IMG/VR virus record: IMGVR_UViG_3300021255_003284
Coordinates: 1-64,000 of that record
DNA from: a virus
Lineage: Duplodnaviria > Caudoviricetes
Strand: one strand, 5' to 3'
Length of the DNA: 64,000 nt
A program made the translations under genes and the position numbers. Below are positions 56,356 through 64,000 of this stretch, in pieces (position 1 is the first letter of the stretch; each line of letters opens with the position of its first letter). The notes under the pieces are model-generated. The model was not told the DNA's origin and searched no databases. It was given only the letters and a program-made list of their open reading frames with translations.

Positions 56356-56670
56356 TCAACGACCGCCTTCGCTTGCACCGATCTGGTCGATGCGCTTGTT
56401 GAGCCACACGATCTGCTCTTCGACCACAGGCATCCTGCGGGCGAAGTTGTTGTGCTCTCGCACTTCACGCGTCAACTCATCGATCTTCGTGTCGGTAACG
56501 GCCTGCCACTTTTCTATTTTATCGTCGAGCGCCTTGTCGGCCAGCTCGCTTTGCTTATCCAGCTTCGTATACAGATCTTTACTGTTTTGCTTTGATATAA
56601 ATATCTGTGATATGATCGCGCAGACTCCGGTGATCAGCGCGACAACAATCGCCTCTGTCACGCCCATCAT
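56356..56670 (-). CDS. membrane protein, holin-like
   Basis: N-terminal TM; LTREVREHNNFARRMPVVEEQI; follows the endolysin. Confidence 0.7.
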   Translation of the reverse strand: MMGVTEAIVVALITGVCAIISQIFISKQNSKDLYTKLDKQSELADKALDDKIEKWQAVTDTKIDELTREVREHNNFARRMPVVEEQIVWLNKRIDQIGASEGGR

Positions 56671-58232
56671 CCTTTCGCGATCTCACTTCTGGGGTACTTC
56701 GCCATCAACTCTTCTACCTCGGCCCGGCTCAGGTCGTATATGACCAGCGTATAGTACGCGGCCGGGTCGGCCGGCGCTGTCACGACCGGCTCATTGGGTT
56801 CGATGTTCGGAGTAGCGGCTGTGTCATTTTCGCCGTTCTCTTCATCCTGTTTCGGCATGGCCGCTTTGATCGCGGCGATCGTTGCCTTACCGGCGACACC
56901 GTCTGCTTCCAGATCATGATCTTTTTGAAACTGCGTGATCGCAGCGATCGTCTCGCCGCCGCAATCGCCGTCCGCGCCGTAACGCGGAAGAGCGTATCCA
57001 AGTGCGATCAGTGCCTCCTGAAGTTCTTTGACGTCAGACCCCTTAACGCCTTTCTTGATCGTCCTCGCCCCAAGCTTCGAGCCGCCGATCGTACCGATTC
57101 CGACGTATTCGATCATCGTGCTCGGCAGGCGTCCCCATTCGGTCCACGGGCCGTCCGTCACTTTATTGCGCACACAATCATACGCGAATCCTTTCATTTC
57201 AACCGTATAACCGCCGCCTACATATACGCCGATATGCCCGGGCTTATGCACGACCAACCCGGGGATGTCCGGGATCGTGCTGATCTGACCCGTCTCGTCG
57301 CACAGCGCGAACAGGCCGTCGGCGCTTCTGTCGGGGCAGCCGTTGCTCTGATACGTGTTCTTGCCATTGATGTTCCCGTTCTTCCAGAAAAATGATTTGA
57401 TCATTCCGACACAGTCGGCGCACATCTTCCCATTTGCGATATCCTTCATATACCCGCTCGTCCTGTCGGACGTATAATGTTCCGGATATTGCTGGCGCTT
57501 GCTGTTGTACAGTGACTGCGTACACTGGTAACCGCATGAACCGTACCAGTATACCCACGCGGCCTCATACACCTGTTCGCAATAATTGGCCAGCTCCAGA
57601 TTCGTAGGCATTCCTGTCTCCCCCTTTATAGCGCGATCATCGGCGAACCACTGAAGCACCCGCCCGCCGCGATACGCGTTCAGGTCGACATTGCCATCGA
57701 TACCGGCTACGCACCCTTTGCTCGTATACTGCCACAGGTCGCACGCCTGCGTCGGCGCGTATGATTCGTTGATCGTTCCGTCGTCCTTGCCCCAGCGCGG
57801 AATCCACACGATGTCACACAGCGCTTTGGCCGATCCGATCCAGTTGATATGAGGCTGACCGACATACATGCCGATCCTCTTTATGCCGCGTTCTCTGAGG
57901 CGCGTCAGAAACGCTATGCATATATCTTCCGTATTGGATGCCGTCTGCGCCTCATATTCGACATCCAATATATAGAATGCTGGCTTGCCCGCGCTCGCGC
58001 ACTGCACAAACCAATCGGCCTCGTCTCGCGCGGCCGCAGTGGATGACGCCTTGATGTAGTGATACACGCCGTACGGCAAACCGCACTGTGCGGCGTTCGT
58101 CTTATACTTGGCATCCTCTTTCATACCGACAGACGCACGGAATATGACCATCTCAAGCTCAGTCCGGGCCTTCGCCCAGTCAATGGTGCCGTTCCACGCG
58201 CTGATGTCCGCGATTTTCATTCGCCCGATCAC
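56667..58232 (-). CDS. endolysin: GH25 muramidase plus NlpC/P60-like domain plus PG-binding domain
   Basis: DISAWNG, GVYHY, LDVE, LWQYTSKG..VDLN; DCVG/GHIG; GSDVKELQ..ADGVAG. Confidence 0.88.
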   Translation of the reverse strand: MIGRMKIADISAWNGTIDWAKARTELEMVIFRASVGMKEDAKYKTNAAQCGLPYGVYHYIKASSTAAARDEADWFVQCASAGKPAFYILDVEYEAQTASNTEDICIAFLTRLRERGIKRIGMYVGQPHINWIGSAKALCDIVWIPRWGKDDGTINESYAPTQACDLWQYTSKGCVAGIDGNVDLNAYRGGRVLQWFADDRAIKGETGMPTNLELANYCEQVYEAAWVYWYGSCGYQCTQSLYNSKRQQYPEHYTSDRTSGYMKDIANGKMCADCVGMIKSFFWKNGNINGKNTYQSNGCPDRSADGLFALCDETGQISTIPDIPGLVVHKPGHIGVYVGGGYTVEMKGFAYDCVRNKVTDGPWTEWGRLPSTMIEYVGIGTIGGSKLGARTIKKGVKGSDVKELQEALIALGYALPRYGADGDCGGETIAAITQFQKDHDLEADGVAGKATIAAIKAAMPKQDEENGENDTAATPNIEPNEPVVTAPADPAAYYTLVIYDLSRAEVEELMAKYPRSEIAKG

Positions 58233-58388
58233 CGCCTCTCCGTTTATATACCGGGCGACTTCTGCCGCCCGGCATTGATGACTCGGCTCGGCATGGCTAT
58301 GATTACGTAGTGATTGCGCCTCTTTTGTTGCGCTTACCTTTTAACCGCCCATGCTCTCGCCGCTTTACTGACTCAAAGTGTTATTTAA

Positions 58389-60542
58389 TCATTTGTGCGG
58401 CGGTAGCATATTCAACTCAGCCGCGATAATATTGCCAATGTCCATACACGCTTTCCCGCTCAAATCAGTATTCGGGTGCTTTCCGTCTTGCATATGCAAC
58501 TCCGGCAAGCGATATGATCTACTCGTTCCTCCACTTTCAATCCAAATTCCGCCGCCGCTCGTTTGCTGCCAATATCCGGTACTCATTACTGCTCTGTCCC
58601 ATGCCCAACCCAGTTTGTCGCAGATGCGGATTAGCGGCAGGCCCCAGTATTCAGCGACGCTTTCCTGCATATCGATCACTCCGGGTTCGCGCTGAGTTTC
58701 ATAATGGCTGATCAATACGATGTTGGCGTGCGGATTCACGGCAAGGATGGCGGCAATAAATGTATTCATTGCCCCCTGATATGTAGAACGATCAAACGCA
58801 TTATCGGGATTGGCAACATTATCGGCTGAATTGACACGCCAATCATTATAGCCGTGGTCGAACACATACAAATCGACCGGGTTTGTTGTGACATACTGCA
58901 TCAATTTGTTTTCGTAACTACAGGCAATCGCTTTATCTTTGATCACGTCCGTCATTGCGGCATCGTACCCAGTTATTGCCCGCCACTTCGTTTCCCAGTT
59001 TGTAGTTAATTCCGTTTTTTCTGCAATCGTGCCGCCCAAAGACCACAATGCACCAATGCCCATATTCGTAACGCCGTAAGGATCATTTTCTGACTCCGCG
59101 CTTCGCGTCCCGCGCCGTGCGCAAGATGAGCCCACGGCCTCGTTATAAATCGTAGCCCCCAGCAATTCACCCACATATTCGGGGTAGCCGGTGACCGGAT
59201 TATAGCCGGACGGTTCCGGTATTGAGGTGCCGAACCATGCAATTTTTTTTCCGTGCCATTTACTATAAGGCATTGGCGCAACCGTCTGATATTTGGCTAC
59301 ATACAGCAAATATGTATTGGCGTTTACAATCACTTCGTCAACGCCGGATGGAATCACAACAAGCCACCGTTTGAACATCTGGTTTGCGTTCTCAGAATAA
59401 CCTACAATCGCGCCATCTTTTCTGAAAATATATGCTGGATAATCGTTCCCGTATTTATACGCAATAATTTCATATTTTTCGCCACGGCTCACAGTGATAG
59501 AAGTATGCTGTCCGATATTCGCGATTGCCCCTGTTTTATTCATAACGCCAGAAACGGGTGTTACGTTGATTCTGTTATATACACCTGCTTCTCCATTTTC
59601 GACAATACTATCAACAACCGTTTCAAGTGCTATAAAATCACTTTGATTTGCCTTTTCATGAACAACTGTTATGTTTACAGTCGAAGACAAAACAATATCA
59701 CTTATCATATCTGGGGTTAAAGCTGAATTGTCATCAGATTTAATGCATACCATAACCTGTGTTGCGGTACTGTTATCTGACGTGACATTCTGCGCCCACG
59801 ATGCATCAACAATATAATTCCCGCTTGAATCGCATAACAATAGCCTTGCCTTATATCCGCTTTTCACACTAACATATTCCCCAGCAGACCATTTTGCAAA
59901 CTCTTTTGTTCTGACGACATAAGCCAGATCTTGTGGTTTCAGTTGCTGTCCAACGTTAATAGCGGAATAGTTTCCTTGCTCAAATAGATAGGTTTTTATG
60001 GGATTAAATTCATCAATGGCGCTCTTTAAGTCAGCAACCTGAGATCTAACCGCCTCTCCGGCCGTTTGATACACCGTCCCATCTGAACCAATGCGGATGT
60101 CGATGACCTCCGGAGCCAGCTCACTCGTCGACTCGTCAGTCATCAAATGAATGATCTCGTTGAGCCTGGTGCTGATCGCGGCGACGCTGACATAATCAAT
60201 ATTGTCGCTATATTCGTAGTCGCTTGGCTTTGCCCTCGGCGCAACTGGGATCTGTATCACATGCTTTGTCTTATACGCGTCATTGTCAGTCTCGTAGTAT
60301 AGATAGGCGAATATCGTCTCAGCGCTCTGAAGTAGTACATTCGGCACCTTAACCGTAAGATCGGTGCCGCCGGTCTCCTCTGGCGTAACGACCAGTGCCT
60401 CCTTGCTGCATCTGTTTGCGAAGTGAAAAACGGGATAAGGCGGAACCTCGGCACCTTTTATTGTAATCGTTTGGTTTGTATCCCATTGAAACATCGTGCG
60501 CAGCAGTTCGCCCATCGAGTCATAGCAAACTATCTGACTCAT
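58389..60542 (-). CDS. tail-associated protein with C-terminal SGNH/GDSL hydrolase
   Basis: FQWDTNQ N-terminus; WFGTSI, DHGYND, DGKHP. Confidence 0.8.
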   Translation of the reverse strand: MSQIVCYDSMGELLRTMFQWDTNQTITIKGAEVPPYPVFHFANRCSKEALVVTPEETGGTDLTVKVPNVLLQSAETIFAYLYYETDNDAYKTKHVIQIPVAPRAKPSDYEYSDNIDYVSVAAISTRLNEIIHLMTDESTSELAPEVIDIRIGSDGTVYQTAGEAVRSQVADLKSAIDEFNPIKTYLFEQGNYSAINVGQQLKPQDLAYVVRTKEFAKWSAGEYVSVKSGYKARLLLCDSSGNYIVDASWAQNVTSDNSTATQVMVCIKSDDNSALTPDMISDIVLSSTVNITVVHEKANQSDFIALETVVDSIVENGEAGVYNRINVTPVSGVMNKTGAIANIGQHTSITVSRGEKYEIIAYKYGNDYPAYIFRKDGAIVGYSENANQMFKRWLVVIPSGVDEVIVNANTYLLYVAKYQTVAPMPYSKWHGKKIAWFGTSIPEPSGYNPVTGYPEYVGELLGATIYNEAVGSSCARRGTRSAESENDPYGVTNMGIGALWSLGGTIAEKTELTTNWETKWRAITGYDAAMTDVIKDKAIACSYENKLMQYVTTNPVDLYVFDHGYNDWRVNSADNVANPDNAFDRSTYQGAMNTFIAAILAVNPHANIVLISHYETQREPGVIDMQESVAEYWGLPLIRICDKLGWAWDRAVMSTGYWQQTSGGGIWIESGGTSRSYRLPELHMQDGKHPNTDLSGKACMDIGNIIAAELNMLPPHK

Positions 60543-60570
60543 AAAACACCTCCCTGAACATCATTATCAG

Positions 60571-62919
60571 TTAAACGCCGATCGCGATCCAGTCAATCTC
60601 TCGCGTTCCGCTGCCGCTGAGTATGACCTTTGCGCCGGCCGTAGTCTTGTCATATATTTTGGGGATCCCATTATCTCCGGAAACATTCGCACCCTCCTTG
60701 GAATACGTCACGGATATGTGCGGGACCTCATCGAATCCGATACTCGAATAGTTTATCTCTAAAGCCGTCTCCGATGTTCCGCCGACCGTCCCGTGACCAT
60801 GTGCGATCTTGACCGGCATACGATCCATATCAAGCGTACCCGTCGTGATATTCGACGCGTCGTTTGCACCAAGATTTGCTCTGGCGTCAGCCGCGGTCGT
60901 CGCACCGGTACCTCCGCTGGAGACCGGAACGCCGTTCGCCATGCCGGAATGAAATACCTGATAATTGGCCGCCGCACCGCCCTCGTTTGTCCGCAAATAC
61001 AGCGCATTATCCAGACTCGTCTGATACGCCGGGTTGTTTACCCAAAGCGCGCGGTAAGTCCCGATGCCCTCGCCGGAAAAGGCGTAAAACCCGAAGTATC
61101 CGTTCGCTGCCGCGTCTATCCGCGCGAAACCGAGCCGCCCGGACGCGGCCTGCTGCGGCGTCATGTGCATCTGAGAGACTGATCCCGTATTCGCGATCGT
61201 CAGTTCACCCGTAAATGTGTCTGTCGTCCTTTTGAGAGCCCCGAGTGTGTTCAGTGCGTCCGTCGCGTTGTCAGCGCCCGTTCCGCCATCCGCAATGCCG
61301 AGCGGCTCGAGCATCTTGAGCGGCCAGTTGAATTCGACGACGCCGGACTCTTCTGCGACTTTGCCGAAAGCGACGCCGTTGCCGTCACGCAAAAAATCCA
61401 TGATGACGACCTTTGTGCCGATCTCGGCCTGCTGTTCGACCTGATAGAATTTGTCGGCGAAAACGATACGGATCTCATAACTCGTTACATCTTGAAATAC
61501 CGCGCCGCTCGCAGTCAGCAATCGATTCGTTTCGCTGACAGTGAAATCCACGGGTGACAGCTGGTCGTCCGTCGTCCACGACGAAGTGCCCTTCAGACGG
61601 TGTTGGATCTCGCACGTCAGTATCGCGTTTTGATCTGTCGCCCCGTCGTTCAGCGAAGAGGCGCGCGCGGACAGGTTGATGCGTACATGCGTGCCGTCAG
61701 TCTGCGCTTCGGTGCCCGTATCGTTGCATCGCTCCGCTGAAAAACTCGTGATCGTCGGCTTGCTGTACGCCAGCGCGGTGATCGTCGCCGTGCCGGCCTG
61801 TGAAACGCGGCCGCGCGTATCTGTAACCGTAACGCTGATTTCGATGCTTCCGGAGGTCGCAAGCGGGGCGGATGCAGTGAATTGCGCCGTATAATCAATG
61901 TCGTTTGATGTCGTAAATGTTGTGCCCGTATATGTTCTGCCGTCCAATGTCGCCCTGTATTGCGTGGGCGTACTGCCATATACGCCGCGCGCCACGATCG
62001 TCACGACAGGCTTGCTGAAATTCTGTATGTATGCCGTGATGCCCTGCGGGATGTCGGACGCGCCTTCTTGAGCTGTGACACTCTGTACTGTCGGCACCGT
62101 GCTACTTGGCACGCCGAGCGTGATCGTGCAGCTTTTCGTGCCGGTCAAAGCGCCATTGTAGTATGTATCGCAGTATATCGTACACACGCCGCTGACATCG
62201 TTCGGTATCTGCGACGCGAGCGACGCCGGGGGAGTCCAGCTCGTTGAAGCGCCGACGTTCGTCGCGATCGTATCCGACGCCCCGCCGAACGCGTACCTTA
62301 TCGTGTGCGTCTGCGCCGAGCTCGCTCGGTTGGTATTGATCGTGATCGCCGAGCCGAGAGCCACGGTCGACGCGCTCGTCGTCGGCTTTGACGCGCCTTC
62401 GTCGTAGTCGATCGTGATGCTGACGCTCGTCCACTTGAAGTAAGATTCCGAGTACTGCCGCCCCGGCAGATCCGGGTGCGGGTTGGGGTTGTACACCGTG
62501 AACGTATTATGGCCGGCTGTGAGATACGCCGCCATGTTGGTCAGCAGCGCGTTGCCGGTCTCGTCCGCCAGCGTGAACGTCAGCGTGTTATCCCGATAGT
62601 TCCCCTGAAGGCTCCCGAGCGAATCGCCGACGTACTGCAGACCTGTCACGCCGCTCTGCGTCGTGTTCTGATAGTTGGACTTATGGAGATAGGCAGTCTT
62701 CGTGTACCATTGACCCAAACCTGCGGAAGCCGATGTGATCGTCAGGCTGATGCCGTTGATGATCCGGCCGGTCATGTCCAGTCCGTTGAACGAGATAACG
62801 CCGACCTTATTCTCGCCCTCGTAAGGGTAGTCCTGAGCCGCGTAGCTGGTCGATGTATTGGCCGTCTGGTTATACTGGCGCGTCATCAGCGTCGCGGTAT
62901 ATGTTGCCGTTTTAGACAT
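60571..62919 (-). CDS. siphovirus minor tail/baseplate protein (DUF859-like)
   Basis: HTIRYAFG..WTPP..QIPN; TVTDTRGR; GVAFGKVAE. Confidence 0.75.
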   Translation of the reverse strand: MSKTATYTATLMTRQYNQTANTSTSYAAQDYPYEGENKVGVISFNGLDMTGRIINGISLTITSASAGLGQWYTKTAYLHKSNYQNTTQSGVTGLQYVGDSLGSLQGNYRDNTLTFTLADETGNALLTNMAAYLTAGHNTFTVYNPNPHPDLPGRQYSESYFKWTSVSITIDYDEGASKPTTSASTVALGSAITINTNRASSAQTHTIRYAFGGASDTIATNVGASTSWTPPASLASQIPNDVSGVCTIYCDTYYNGALTGTKSCTITLGVPSSTVPTVQSVTAQEGASDIPQGITAYIQNFSKPVVTIVARGVYGSTPTQYRATLDGRTYTGTTFTTSNDIDYTAQFTASAPLATSGSIEISVTVTDTRGRVSQAGTATITALAYSKPTITSFSAERCNDTGTEAQTDGTHVRINLSARASSLNDGATDQNAILTCEIQHRLKGTSSWTTDDQLSPVDFTVSETNRLLTASGAVFQDVTSYEIRIVFADKFYQVEQQAEIGTKVVIMDFLRDGNGVAFGKVAEESGVVEFNWPLKMLEPLGIADGGTGADNATDALNTLGALKRTTDTFTGELTIANTGSVSQMHMTPQQAASGRLGFARIDAAANGYFGFYAFSGEGIGTYRALWVNNPAYQTSLDNALYLRTNEGGAAANYQVFHSGMANGVPVSSGGTGATTAADARANLGANDASNITTGTLDMDRMPVKIAHGHGTVGGTSETALEINYSSIGFDEVPHISVTYSKEGANVSGDNGIPKIYDKTTAGAKVILSGSGTREIDWIAIGV

Positions 62920-62938
62920 CTGATCCACCTCCGTTCAG

Positions 62939-64000
62939 TTACGCGGGATCCAGCATCCTGACGCTGTTCGTATATTGCGTCGTGCCGTATGTACTTGTCA
63001 GTTTGCATCTGTATATATTTTTCCTTCTGCTCGTATTGAATTCTGTCTGCAGCGTCGCGGTCTTATTGCCCGTCGCGGTCGAATTGCTCCACGACGAACC
63101 GTCGTTGCTGCTGTATTGCCACTGGTAAGACTGGACCGCGCTGGCCGTCACAGAGAACGCGCACGCGTCGCCGTCTGAACCGGCCACGCTGACCGGCTGC
63201 GTCGTGATGACGAACGGCGTCTCCGTAAAGATCAGCGATAGGTTGCCGTTGCTCTGCGGCGTAAAGGCGTACGAACCAAGTATGAGCGTCGTGAGCACTT
63301 CGGCCTGATTGATATACAGCTTGTCGTTGCTCATGTACGCGATCTCCGAACCGTCCGACAAAAACGACAGCTTGTCATCGTCCATGCGCGTCCTGAACTT
63401 GCTCTCGGTCCGGCCGATCGTCAGACCATCCTGATCGAACTGCATGTATGTCTGAAATTCCTGAAGCGTTCCGTTCGTGTCGTCAAGCGCCTCGCTGAGC
63501 TGCTGCTGCGCGTTCGCTACCCGATTCACCTGCCATGTAAAGTCGCTTGCCGTCTGCTGCTGCTGCGTGCTGAGCGCCTCGAGCCCGGTCTCCAGCGCAC
63601 TCGTCGCTGCGGCGTTGCTCGCCACGTCGCCGCGCACGCTGTTGATTGCCGAGTTGACCGGACCGATGGCTGAACTGATGCGCCCGTCGACAACGGTGAA
63701 CATGTCGTTCCCTTCGTCGTCCAGTATCCTCAGCGCGTTGCCCATGATCAGATCGCCGATCAGTACGGATGCGTTGACGCCGTACACCGTTTCGCCGCCT
63801 ATGTTGATCTCGCCGATCGCGACCTTGCTGCTGTCCCACGCGTCGTCTGTCAGCACGATGCTCTTGCCGGTGATCTTGACCTGCCTGGGGTCGTATTCGC
63901 CGTTGGCAAGCCGCCTGCGTCCTGTATATCCAGAGCCGTCTATGATGACCTCTTCGTTTGTCGATGTCAGGGCCGCGCCCATCGTCAGATCGCGCGAAGC
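62939..64000 (-). CDS. tail protein C-terminal part (5'-truncated by the window) with terminal Ig-like domain
   Basis: Open to the window edge; IAYMSNDKLYI; ITTQPVS..YQWQYS..YRC. Confidence 0.75.
   Translation of the reverse strand, partial: ASRDLTMGAALTSTNEEVIIDGSGYTGRRRLANGEYDPRQVKITGKSIVLTDDAWDSSKVAIGEINIGGETVYGVNASVLIGDLIMGNALRILDDEGNDMFTVVDGRISSAIGPVNSAINSVRGDVASNAAATSALETGLEALSTQQQQTASDFTWQVNRVANAQQQLSEALDDTNGTLQEFQTYMQFDQDGLTIGRTESKFRTRMDDDKLSFLSDGSEIAYMSNDKLYINQAEVLTTLILGSYAFTPQSNGNLSLIFTETPFVITTQPVSVAGSDGDACAFSVTASAVQSYQWQYSSNDGSSWSNSTATGNKTATLQTEFNTSRRKNIYRCKLTSTYGTTQYTNSVRMLDPA

Overview
64 kb of a large, GC-rich temperate siphovirus-like phage genome, most likely infecting a Firmicutes/Clostridia host (sigma-A promoters, strong SD sequences, Gram-positive-type lysin and tail proteins). 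The + strand arm (0.5-47.6 kb) carries small early genes, an HU protein, a Ubl-E2-JAB-E1 ubiquitin-like conjugation operon, a reverse transcriptase, IscS, an MrpR-like repressor, recombination and replication genes (ERF, SSB, exonuclease, DnaB, DnaG, DnaE), nucleotide metabolism (ThyX-like, dNMP kinase, NrdDG, dUTPase), ClpP, PhoH, an RNA ligase, xis/int and a probable attP. The - strand arm (47.9-64 kb) carries lysis and tail/receptor-binding genes. Three group I introns interrupt the RT, dnaB and nrdD, and nrdD also carries a Pro-initiated intein. The main candidate for a new system is one retron-like RT (only visible after splicing) surrounded by FOUR dispersed retron-like ncRNA units. The units share a covarying structural core, closing inverted repeats and a conserved unpaired G, but each carries a different cargo region. 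They sit directly downstream of the ubiquitin-like operon. All family calls come from motif recognition by eye; no searches or folding programs were run.
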